A stretch of DNA of 59,843 nt, counting the filler, from Porpidia crustulata (taxonomy: Eukaryota): assembly GCA_964255105.1 (NCBI GenBank). It is 6 parts of 6 records of this genome, joined end to end, with 100 filler letters (N's around TTAATTAATTAA, not from the genome) between each part and the next. Parts side by side here need not be neighbours in the genome. Positions count along the whole stretch, not along the records: positions 10,017 to 19,917 come from CAXUWE010000868.1; positions 20,018 to 29,908 come from CAXUWE010000869.1; 4 more parts are not named here. The stretch is one strand, 5' to 3'. Of this stretch, positions 12,432 to 24,301 are shown piece by piece. The translations under genes and the position numbers were made by a program. The notes under the pieces were generated by a model. That model worked only from the letters and a program-made list of their open reading frames with translations. It ran no database searches and was not told the DNA's origin. The first letter of the stretch is position 1. Every line of letters starts with the position of its first letter.

Positions 12432-13977
12432 ATGACCGACGCCTTTTATCCACCCCGTCATCTTTACTACGATGGCCAAATTCAAGTGGCAACCTCAGGA
12501 GCTGTTTTCAGGTCAATAGACCCTTCTACGGCACAGCCATTGGCGGAAATCCACGTTGCTTCTCGCGCCGATGTCGACTCTGCTGTTGCTTCGGCTGAAA
12601 AGGCCTTCACATCATGGTCCACTACGCCCCCGATAGTTCGATCCCGTATCCTACTCAAAGCAGTTCAGATCCTACGGGAGAGGAACGATGAGTTAGCAAA
12701 GGTCGAAACACAAGATACTGGGAAGCCCTTTTCGGAAACAAGTGCAGTGGATATTGTGACTGGTGCAGATGCTGTCGAGTTCTTTGCAAATCTCGTAGGA
12801 GGAGGAGGTCTCAATGGAGAGACCGTTCAATTGAGAGAAGATGCCTGGGTATACACGAAGAAAGAAGCATTAGGCGTGTGTGCAGGTATCGGGGCGTGGA
12901 ATTATCCTATCCAAATGTATGCTGCAGATATCATTCACATTAGATTTGAGCTGAAGAATTGACACACTCAGTGCCCTCTGGAAATCTGCACCATGCTTGG
13001 CCGCCGGGAATACCATGGTCTATAAACCAAGTGAATTCACACCTCTTCATGCCCAGACACTGGCCGAGGTCTATGCTGCGGCTGGAGTCCCTCCTGGCGT
13101 ATTCAATGTGGTCAATGGTGCTGGAGACATAGGTGCTTATCTGACATCTCATCCCACTATTGCCAAAGTGTCATTCACGGGACAGGTCTCAACCGGTAAG
13201 AAAGTAGCTGGTAGTGCCGCAGCCGGGATGAAGTATGTGACCATGGAGCTGGGCGGAAAAAGCCCAGTCATCATTCTGCCAGACTCTAATCTGGAGAATG
13301 CGGTGGATGGTGCTCTGATGGCCAACTTCTACAGTTCTGGCCAAGTCTGTACGAACGGTACTCGAGTCTTCGTTCCGAAAACAATGAAGCAAGACTTCGA
13401 AAAGAGACTACTAGAAAAGATGAAAAACGTTCGAGCAGGGGATCTTATGGACCCTCAGACGAACTTTGGGCCACTTTCATCAAAGGCTCATTACGATAAG
13501 GTGATGAGTTATATTAAATACGGCATTGAGGTTGACAAGGCGAAATTACTTTACGGTGGTCTCGAAAAGCCAAGTGCCATCAAGGGAATGGAGGATGGCT
13601 ACTGGGTCAGACCCACCGTCTTCACGGATTGTGCCGACTCGATGAAAATCATCCAAGAAGAGATCTTTGGCCCTGTACTGAATATATTGACATACAACAC
13701 GATTGACGAAGCTATCACGAGAGCGAACCACACGGCTATGGGTCTAGCAGCCGGTATCTTCACGCAAGACTTGAATCTGGCTCATAAGGTTATCGCCAAG
13801 CTTGAGGCTGGCATTACGTGGGTCAATACTTGGGGCGAAAGCCCGGCTGAGATGAGCGTCGGTGGATGGAAGCAGAGCGGCGTGGGTGTAGAGAACGGAA
13901 GAAAAGGAATCGAGGCGTGGGTAAGGAACAAGAGCACGTTGGTCGACATGAGCGGTGTTGTCCCTACGGTATTCTAG
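12432..13977 (+). CDS. Betaine aldehyde dehydrogenase (ALDH9/BetB-like)
   Basis: [26 protein letters not shown], catalytic MELGGKS and GQVCTNG, EEIFGPV; intron 12917-12972; divergent from choline oxidase. Confidence 0.92.
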
Positions 13978-14857
13978 AAGCTCGAAGGAAGTCCCCTGTC
14001 CTAAGGCTGTTAATCACCTAGGGATAGCTATGTAGTTGTAGTAGCAGCGTTGATTGTGTGGTTGCACGGTCCAGCCGTCTGACAGCGTCCATCGATTCAG
14101 CTTGCGGTGGATGAGACGCTGCTACACCGCAGCATGCAACGTTACACATCATTTCGAACCACTCGGACAACAGAAGGGGCCCTTGCGCTGTTTCTCACCT
14201 GCAGCGGAAGCCAATTTGGTCTGTCAGCGATAAACTTGCAGTTGCACCAATCGGCACAACTTCCTTTCCTGAATCAAAAGTAATATTCTGTGGATAATCA
14301 GCTTAGTCATGTGCAACGCCAACCCTCTTTTGGCTCTCACATTTTCCAATCAAAACGTCATATTTTGGTGTATCCTGACTGGGTTCGGATTCTACAAGCA
14401 GGTCAAGAGCTGCGTAGTTGATTACTGCAATAAGACATTGTGATACACCACTATCTAGTGAACCTTGATGTACTTTGGCTGACGGGTCCATTTCCCCGGA
14501 TTAGCCGGGTGGATGCCGATATGCTACTACTACTATTAACGGCCACTATGCTTCGTCCATTCAGATATGCGGCTTACCCCCGCACACATTCCCCTACCCT
14601 CCTCCCTCCCTGGCACGAGACTCATCGGGTAGCACCAATGATAACAATAATAAGAATGGCCCAGGGTGGCATAGCTGCCTACCCTGGCATTCACTTCAAC
14701 TTGCTTGGGAGGGCGTCGAGTGACCATCAATTCCCTACTACCTGCGCCTTATCTTGGAGCTGATTCCAATCCGCAAACTGTAGAGCTTCAGTTTCTTCTC
14801 TTCCTTCTTCTCCTTCTGATCCTTCTTGCCCTTGAGTTCCAGTAAAATCGACTCCTC

Positions 14858-16536
14858 ATGGCGGACGTTAGGGATGACAAGGTCGTAAGCGCAGCACAAG
14901 ATCAGGTGGAGGAAACACCACCGCGAAACTCCTACGTTGGAGAGGAAGCTGGCCGGATCTACAACAAGAAGTCATGGATGTACAAGCGTCACGGCATCAT
15001 TCCAAGCTACGCTTCGCCGCCCTTCCAGCTCGTACTCGTGGCCCTTGTGTGTTTCCTGTGCCCGGGCATGTTCAACGCAGTGAACGGTCTAGGAGGTGGA
15101 GGTCAATTTGACCAGTATGTAGCAGATAACTCGAACGTTGCAGTATACGCCACCTTCAGTGTCGTCGGTTTCTTTGCGGGGACTTTTGCCAATCGACTCG
15201 GAATCAGAACCAGCCTGAGCTTTGGCGGTTTCGGCTACTTCATCTACATTTCGAGCTATCTAAGCTATAATCACAATAAGAACAGCGGCTTTGTGATCTT
15301 TGCTGGGGCACTCTTGGGCGTTTGTGCTGGTTTACTTTGGACCGCGCAAGGCGCCATAATGATGTCCTATCCTGATGAAGCCAGCAAGGGCCGGTATATC
15401 TCCTGGTTCTGGATGATCTTCAATCTAGGAGGTGTCATTGGGAGTTTGTACGTCGATCGAAGATTCAAAATCTGGAAATGAGATTACTGATATTGCTGGC
15501 AGAATCCCTTTAGGCCAGAATATCCATTCCAAGTCCGGTGTCGTGACTGATGGCACTTATATTGGTTTCATGATTCTTACATTCTGTGGTGCTGTGCTGG
15601 CCTGGGCCCTCGTTGATGCCCGTCAAGTAGAGCGTGCTGACGGATCTCGTGTTGTTTTGATGAAGAACCCATCGTGGCGAAGCGAATTCCTAGGCTTGTG
15701 GGAGGTGCTCAGGACTGATACATGGGTGATCTTTCTCTGGCCAATGTTCTTTGCCAGCAACTGGTTTTACACATATCAATTCAATGACGGTAAGAATTCC
15801 CAGAATATATGTTCATCTAATCGCAGTTCTAATCCGTATCAGTCAACTTGGCACTTTTCAACATCAGAACCAGATCTCTCAATAGCACTCTTTACTGGAC
15901 TAGTCAGATCTTCGGTGCTCTCATCTTCGGCTACGCGCTTGATCTTAAGCAGTTTCGAAGAAGCACCAAAGCAAAAGCCGCCTGGGGCGCTCTGTTCATT
16001 CTTACTATGGTGATTTGGGGTGGAGGCTACGCATTGCAGAAACAATACACTCGCGCCGAGAAAGCACCAAAAGATTATGTCAAGGAAGATTGGACTGCGA
16101 GTGGGTTCGCCGGGCCAATGTTTCTCTACATTTTCTACGGCTTCTATGATGGTATGTCAAGGTTTCCAAAGATCGAAGACTTAACACAAACTGATTGATT
16201 CTAATATTAGCTGCATGGCAAACATGCGTATATTGGTTCATGGGGGCTCTTACAAACAATGGACGAAAGCTTGCCAATTTCGCTGGATTCTACAAGGGAA
16301 TACAATCTGCAGGCGCAGCGATCATGTTCCGGATCGATTCACTGAACACGCCTTATATGAACGAGTTTGCTTCGTGTTGGGCTCTCCTGGCGGGCTCGCT
16401 AGTGATTGCGGCGCCTCTGATCTTCACCAGAATACAAGACTCGGTTTCATTGGAGGAAGACTTGAAGTTCTCGGACGAGACAATTGCGGAAGTAGCACCC
16501 ACCGTTGCGCCGGATATCATGCATGAAAAGATGTAG
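14858..16536 (+). CDS. UNC-93-like/DUF895 MFS transporter, probable NGT1-type GlcNAc transporter
   Basis: LVCFLCPGMFNAVNGLGGGG, GALLGVCAGLLWTAQGAIMMSYP, FWMIFNLGGVIGS, FASNWFYTYQFN, AGFYKGIQSAG; predicted introns ~15448-15502, 15790-15842, 16152-16210. The substrate is inferred from family and neighbourhood. Confidence 0.88.
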
Positions 16537-17731
16537 TGTTCCGGGGAATTTTGGTGTTTGACTACTTGTACTTTGGACCGGAGCTGAAATGTGTTGAGCA
16601 TCGTCGAGGTCTCCAACGCTGGAACGTGGGTGCTGTTTATTTCCGACAGGGTGGTAGTTAGGACTTCGGTTCCAGAAATTGCTTCAAATGTCTCGCTGTA
16701 TCCTGACGAATCGTTCAAATGAATGCTACTAGGAATACCATGACATGAAGCTTTCTTAGCGGATATGACGTGCATTCCCAGATATTGTCTACTATGAGTT
16801 TTAAGGTACGATACTATACAGAAATTGGAAGGTCATTCATGGCGAACGTAAAGGAACACGAGAAGGACTGGCCTAAGAAGGTCCGATATCCAACCATTTG
16901 AATGTAACCGCAGCACAGATCAACACGACAGCTCCGAAAGCTCGACATTAATAGACCCTGACCCTGAACACTCGGCTCGTATCGTTCTACTCGTTCCAAC
17001 ATGCTACGTCTATCGGCCCCGAACTCCTCCTCGAGATTCATGCCATGCATACGCAACCCACCCATATATGTAGAAGTCCGATTGCGTTCGTATAAATTTA
17101 CACATGGAAAGGGGAGCATCCATAGGAGGTAATGGATAATGATACGTGTGCCATCTTCTGTGTCACCTATCACAATGACGAGGAAGGCTGTCTGGGTAGA
17201 TATCTTGGTCCACTCAGGGGCCAAGGAAAGCACGTTGCGCACTACGATCGTCCCCTAAAGCCACCCGCCTCCAGCCTGAAAGCAAAGGGACTAGAACGCC
17301 CCAACTCACAGTGCTCTTCTCACTATTCGTTTGATGGATACTTATTCTTAGGGGCTATTATGGCGGTTGATAGCAATCATTGCCGCTGTACGGTCCCGCC
17401 ACTGCTACCCCAGACAACCCATCAATGTCACCCCAACATCCAACCTATTCCCAATTCCTACAAACTCACAAAGATCAGCTGCTGCCAGAAGGACGTCAGA
17501 CACTACCCCATTCGGACCCCGTTCCTGCCCATCCTGGAGCGGAGGGTATCCGTCAACCCAAGCAGTAGCATCTCCACCGACCTGCGGACGTATGGCACCC
17601 ATGTCGTGCACTGCACTTCAGAAAAGGAGACCTCCAAAGTCAGGAAACAATCTCAGCATCCTCATATAAGAGCCCAACTCTTGAAGCTGTTGGTATAGAA
17701 GATCCCATGACCGAACGTCACGCCTTCACGA

Positions 17732-19388
17732 ATGTCAAGCACCTACACCTCCGCCACCACCAACATGCTCGTGTGCAATACAGTCGTCCAACCTCCACAT
17801 CTACACCCATCAAAAAGTCCAGTCGAAAGCAATGAAGCTACTATATACTATAGAAGCATGAATGATCTACTGCAAGAGGTCCAGGATTTGTTTGAGCGGC
17901 AATTGAGAATCGAGTCCTTGCTATCGATCTCAAGGAAGCTCCAGGTTGAGCTCAAGGAACGGCTTGATTCGAGTCTGCAATGCATGCTACCTTCGCACAA
18001 TTACATATTACCCAGTGGGGAGGAAAGAGGAACATACTTGGCCTTAGAGGTTGGGGGCTCAACCCTGCGGGTTGCGACAGTAGAATTGAGCGGCAGGAGT
18101 ACGGGAGCAGGTTGCCTACGGGTTAGGCGCATGGAATGTTCACCTATTGACTCGCATGTACGGAAGCTGGAAGGTCTTTCATTCTTTGACTGGATAGCTG
18201 AAAGGATAGCGGAAATGCTGGTCATGGACAAGGAGGCATATGAACATATGTTGAAGGTTGAGCCTTTGCATATGGGCATTGCATGGGCATTTCCCATAGA
18301 GTCGGTGCCAGAGTACAGTGATGTGGAGAGCGTAGCTGACCATGGTATAGTCAAACGTCGATTAGAAGTGGCAATGTTTTGGGTATGGGGAAGAATTTCA
18401 TCTGCTCGAGCGCTGTGAAGGGTCATGATTTAGGGAAGATGATCACACAAGCCTGTCAGCGTGCAGTGGGTATCCCAAGCTACCATCATACGAAGTCTAG
18501 ACTAATACTCTTTAGAATCTTAATGTTCGTCTCGATGCTATAGTCAATGACTCCTCGGCTGCTCTTTTGTCTCGCGCTTACGTAGACCCTTCGACTCGGT
18601 TGGCCGTCATCTTTGGTACCGGTATCAATGCTGCTATACATCTGCCAATCACTTCTCTCAACCAATACAAACTTGGCTCGCGATTGTTGCCAACGAACGG
18701 GGAGACTACGCATGTTCTCATCAACACTGAACTTAGTATGTTCGGGAAGAACATCTTTCCGACCACTCGCTGGGACGATATACTAAATCGGAACCATATT
18801 CTCCCCGACTATCAGCCCCTGGAATACCTGATAGCTGGTGGCTACATGGGTGAAATAGTCCGATTGATTCTGATAGAAGCAACAGAAACTGCAGGCCTGT
18901 TCGGCGGCGAACTACCTCCATCATTATACAACCCATACGTTCTAGACACCCGTACACTCGCAGCATTAGAAATAGACGCTTCCCCATCCTTCACATCATC
19001 CCGCATTCTCTTCCAAGACCGCCACCCCTCGACTCACCTTCCCACTCACTCCGATATTAGCTTCATCCGTCGTACCGTCCAAGCCGTCTCATGCCGCTCC
19101 TCCGCCTACTTTACCGCCGGCGTCCACGCCCTGTCCTCCCTACTCAACGACCTCGAAAACCACGACTCCCTGCAGAGCCAACTCCACCTCCTCGACCACG
19201 TCAGTATCGGCTGCGATGGCAGCGTCATCAACAAATACCCTGGCTTCATGGGAAACTCCCAGGGTATCATCGACAAACTCGTCGGCATGGAGACGAACGG
19301 CATGAAACGAGTCGTGTTGGAGAAGACGGTCGATAGCGCCGTGCTCGGGGCCGGCGTCGCCGTGGCCATGGCTGCGATGACGGCGTGA
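17732..19388 (+). CDS. Atypical hexokinase of the HXK3/HxkD(XprF) type, probable GlcNAc kinase
   Basis: CMLPS, YLALEVGGSTLRVA, GIAWAFPI|DQTS, IVNDSSA, FGTGINAA, NTELSMFG, QPLEYLIAGGYMGEIVR, DGSVINKYPGF, SAVLGAGVA; predicted introns 18301-18350 and ~18466-18515. Start could be 17732 or 17858. Confidence 0.88.
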
Positions 19389-19917
19389 GCTTTCATCTCG
19401 TGCTTTTTCTTACCGGTCCATCGTCGCTGATGAAATTCCATCTCAAGCGCCTCAAACCAGCACCGCGTGGTCCCCGTTGAGAATGTCGACCGGAGCGATT
19501 TCACAGGGACTCAATTGGGCTGGCGCTGGCTGCGACGCCTCCTTGAGCCCTGGTGGGAAGAGGTGCAGCGGCGAGCGCGAAGGATGTGGTTGGCGTTCTG
19601 GAGAGTCAAGACGGATTGATTGGCATCTGTTTGAGGGGGTAGGCAATGCATTATACGGCACATGGGCATCATTGGAACACCTCGGTGGTTTTAAAGGCGT
19701 CGATGGTCTTGGTTGTTTTTTATTTATTTTTCCGGCGGCTGTTTATAGGAATAGAACGCTCGTTTTGTGTGCATCATGTGTTCTTGTTTGTGATCACTCC
19801 CAAACCTCCCTCCTTATTATGTTTCCCCTGGCATTCTCCTCACCGACCCAATCTCCCCGAACGGGGGGGCGGCCCCCCCCCCCGGGCGGGGTCGCGGAGG
19901 CACCCCGGCAACCCCCC

Positions 19918-20017
19918 NNNNNNNNNNNNNNNNNNNNNNNNNNNNNNNNNNNNNNNNNNNNTTAATTAATTAANNNNNNNNNNNNNNNNNNNNNNNNNNN
20001 NNNNNNNNNNNNNNNNN
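19918..20017. other. Artificial contig spacer
   Basis: N44-TTAATTAATTAA-N44. Confidence 0.99.
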
Positions 20018-23000
20018 GAAGGAAACGGCGACCATGCGGTCCGAGTCGACGCTGCCGACGAGGATCTGGCTGAGGCCCTGGATGACGGTGCCCTGGTAGA
20101 CGGAGACGAGGACCCAGGCGGCGAAGGTGCGCAGGCTGAGGCTGGCGCCGGCGGTGAGCTCCTTGTAGAGTTCCGGGTAGAGGTTGGCGAGGCCTTCGTC
20201 GACGTCGGTGTCGAGCACGAGGCTGAAGACGGGCGCCATGGTGTAGACGGTGGCGTACCCGACCAGCAGCCAGTCGCGGTAGAGGGCGTGCGGCTCGAAC
20301 TTGGTGGCGATACTGTAGACGGTCTGGCAGACGGAGATGATGAGGCCGCGGTGGATGACGAACTGCGCGAGCTTGGCGCTGCGCTTGTACGAGTTGCGGC
20401 CGTGCCAGACGAGGAGTTTGGTGAGGTGGTGGAATTGCGTGATGGAGAAGTCGGCGGCGAGGGACGCTTGGCGGCCTTCTTTGCCGATGATGCCGATGCC
20501 CACGTCGGCGGCTTGGATCATCGAGACGTCGTTGCCACCGTCTCCGATGCAGGCGACGCGCTTGCGGGTGTGTTGACGGATGAGGGATGCGACATCAGCC
20601 TTTTGGGTCGGGGAGCAGCGGCAAGCGATCACTGCGGGCAGAAGTACCGCGAGGGAGATGAAGTCTTGGCGGTGGTGGGTCAAGAAGTATGATAGGGAGT
20701 CGCCATCGATAAGGAGGCCAGTTGAATCGGGTTTGGATCGTAGCAACGATAGGGCGTCGAGCGCTGCGGAAGCTCCAGAAGTATTGGAGAGTTTGGTGAT
20801 GGTGTGGATGTATTGGTTACGTGAGACGAGTTTGGCTGAGATGGCAACACATCGGGCTGTTTCCACTTTATCGCCCGTGAGCATCCATATCTTAATTCCA
20901 GCGTTACGGAGAAGCTCCAGCGAGGGTTTGACATCTTTCTGAAGCTTATCTTCAACGCCGGTCACGCCAAGGAGTTGGAGATTGCTTTCAAGATGATCTT
21001 TGACCACTCGTGCTATGCTGGAGTCTCGGCTTTGCAAGGACATGGAGGCTTGCTTGTACTGACTGGCAAAATCGCGGTATTGTTGGGCAGATAGCCTTTT
21101 TCTACCTATTACCAGAGTCCGAAGGCCCTCTCGAGCCATATTTGCAGTCTCTTCATCGAGCCAATCATTAGCAGCTACAATCGACGCCATAACCGTGTCA
21201 GCTCCCTTTTGATAGAACCAAATCTCTCCCATTTCGTCTGCTGGATCCAAAGCAGATTCAGTCCCTCGAAAGTATTGCAGGATAACACCCATACGCTTCC
21301 CTTCAGAGGTGAATGGAAATATGTCAAGGATTCGGACTTTAACAACAATGCGCGAGGTATCCACGGACTGGAGTGTGATGCTGTGCCTATCTCGATGCAT
21401 AAGACGAAGACCTACATTCTCAGTCCAGCGTACAATGGCAATCTCGTCGGGGGAAGAAGCCTGATAGGTGGTGAAGCTGCGGCCATTCTCTTCTTCGACA
21501 GTGGGAGTGACGTTGTGACACAAAGCCAAAGCCAGAACCAAGTCTCGGACACGAGATCCGATTTCCCGCCTTGTTCTTGTTGTAGCGGTGCCAGCAGAAG
21601 CTGTATGGTAGGTGGATGACGGCGTTACCAAGGAAGAAGCCTTGAGAATATCAGAAGCATCTTCAATCGAGAAGCCTTGTCGAATATAAGACCCGACCTC
21701 GTCCATTGCTTCGTTGGCGTAAGAGACCGTGCCGACATGGATCTTTCGAAGTTCCATCTCTGGCTAATCGTTAGCAATTGCATACTCATACTAATAGACA
21801 GGCTTACCATTTTGTGTCAAGGTGCCGGTTTTGTCACTCAAGAGATATTCAATACGACCTAGCTCTTCCGGTATTGTGCTGGTCCTGACTACAGTGCCAG
21901 CCATACCATGGTCCCTTTCAATAAACCATGCATAGACTGTCTTCCCCATATCCAGGTTGACACGAAGGCTGATTGGAATGATGGTTGAGAATAGTATGAG
22001 AAATCTTGTGATGGCCACGTACCATTTCATGTCCGGTCTGCTCTCGAACCCTTCAAGAGCAACAAGAACGGTAGAAAGCGTTAAAGTCAGACCACAAAGA
22101 ATCTTTGTGAGATTGTTTATCTCGTACTCAAGAAGACCTGTTTTTGACCGGGAAGGCGTCGTAGAGAGCGCTTGGCGAGTTTGTGACCCAGTGTATACAA
22201 TCACTGCGAGGATAACAGCATTTGATGCAATCACTGTATTTGCCCAAGCGGTATTATCGATATTGAGCGGAGCTACGGGAACCTTTTGGTAGTCGCTAGC
22301 ATGCTGAGTGGCCACACTAATCCTTTGGTCGATCGGAGTGTATTCAACGGTTCCAACAAAGTCGTTGACCTTTCTATCTGGCTTGCCAGCCACGATCTTG
22401 AGTTGGGTGAAATCACAGGGTTCTAATGCTTGCGTGAGTGGGGAAGCAATACGAAGTTTCCAATCGGTCTCCCCATCAAGCTGGTCTGTACGAATGAATG
22501 TCTCTCCAACACTTCCCCCACCTGTTGAACCTGAGCCATTACCTAATATTGCTGGTTGCGGTACAGCATCGCCTGTCATGGCCTCGACCTGCATTGAGTC
22601 CTCGGCGACTGCGAGAAGAGATTCGTCATGGGAAGATTGAGGGATCGGTAAGGTTATCGCTAACTCGGCGGTGTAACTTTTCAATATAATCAAATCTGCG
22701 GGTACCCTTTGGTCTTTGCCCAATTTCAATACATCACCAACTTTGAGGTCCTTGGACCTAACCCTAATCTCGTCAATTTCGATATGTGAGCCGTGCTCCG
22801 CTTGTCGTCCTTCAAGGCTCTCCTCTTCCTCTTCAATTGCATCAAGTCGAGTAATGTTGTGCGCAATACCGTGACTTCTCTTTCGTGATTTCAAAAGCGA
22901 GTGATTTTTCTTGCTCGTTCTTGTTGCCAGCATCTTTGACGTATCTCGTAATCGAAGAACCGTATATGGTTCTTTATTTGCTTCTCCATCTCTTCTACGC

Positions 23001-23782
23001 CTTGCAATATCGTCCAACGCCTCCTTTCCCAAAGTAATGGCAAGAACACACGCTAAAGGTACAACGTATGTAGAGACGTAACCGATCCGCAAAAAAGGTA
23101 TAAGCTGAGAGAGAGCCACCAATAAGAAATACATGTTGAAAAAGAAAGAGAACTCGTTGTATAGTGTACGTGGGAGAAAGCTCCATGGGGTATATTTGGC
23201 ATTCGAAACGGCATTGGGTGGGAACCGAGGCGGTGGATATTGACCTATATTAATGTTGCGAGACGCAAGTCCGCCCTTGGTGTCTCTGGCGGTTCCTTTG
23301 TTTGGACTGGGATGATACTCTGTGCTAGACAGGAAGGATGGTAGCCATGAATGACGTGAGAGACGCTGCTCTGAATCCTCGTTATTGTAGCTTTCTGTAG
23401 CGTGGCTTGTGTCGTTGTTCAACAGAGGTGCTTCATCTTCACTGAGAGGACTGTTCCTCGCGGCGTGACTTGGGCGGCTGCTTCCTTGTAGTAAACCCTG
23501 CAAGTCTTCCTCACCGTCTATTCCATCCTGGTAGTTGCCACTGTTCCTCCCCTTGTGTCCAAAATCGGTTGTTTGCCCCCCTCTTAGATTTCTCAAAGGA
23601 ATTCGCCTTTCGGTGCGCCTCTCGTTCTGGCTCTTGATGGTATTCCGAGGGCCATGATATCCATGTGCTCCAGAATTATCAATAGGGTCCAGCTCGTCCA
23701 AGTCCAAATCTATATCAGAGTCGGAATCCTCCCCCTCAGACCCTGAAATATGAGGTTGGTGATACTGGTGGGCTCTCGACAT
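20018..23782 (-). CDS. NEO1: P4-type ATPase phospholipid flippase, Neo1/ATP9 class (3' end cut by contig end)
   Basis: FIRTDQLDGETDWK, IPISLRVNLDMGK, IPEELGRIEYLLSDKTGTLTQN, QASSPDE, WMLTGDKVETA, CRCSPTQKA, IGDGGNDVSMIQAA; intron ~21760-21807; ATG at 23782. Confidence 0.95.
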
Positions 23783-24301
23783 CGTTTCATTGATGAAGTA
23801 GTACGAGCTTTTTGATATAAGGTTACAAGCAGTGTTTTCGTAGCACAACTGACTTATTCTAACAATATAAGACTGAGGAAAGTAGATGCTGTAAGTGAGA
23901 AGCTGTCGCCTAGAACTCTACGTATTCTTCAATTCTTTGAGCCTCCACAATCATAAGCGGGAGATCCGGGGGCTAACCTTGATAGTGGTCCAAGCTTTGG
24001 CGCTAGCAGAACACCGAGTAATGACAGCTCGCCGCATGTGCCAACGAGTAAAGTCAAGTTCTAGTACCTGCCTGGGGTATTACCACCAGCAACTTAAATC
24101 CGGTGCTTCGATACTGTCTCCTTCATGGCGTTTGGAGCGCTTCCTTCGTGATTTGTGGACCCGTCCTTTATGAAGACTAATAGCGAAAGAAGCAACCCTC
24201 GTTGCTCTTTACCCCTGTCAACTAAGAAGTCTTCGTCAGCCCCTACATTCAGACCAGAGTGAACTTGGCGCCGTGTTCACACATCCTCAATACCACCTCG
24301 A

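Noticed and set aside
10087..13977. Bacterial origin or contamination for codA/BADH because of high GC
   Set aside because: Both genes have spliceosomal introns and the pair is known from other ascomycetes. Ancient transfer cannot be judged from this sequence.
17132..17698. 188-aa ORF upstream of the hexokinase
   Set aside because: No family motif; overlaps the likely promoter/5' UTR. It cannot be supported as a gene.
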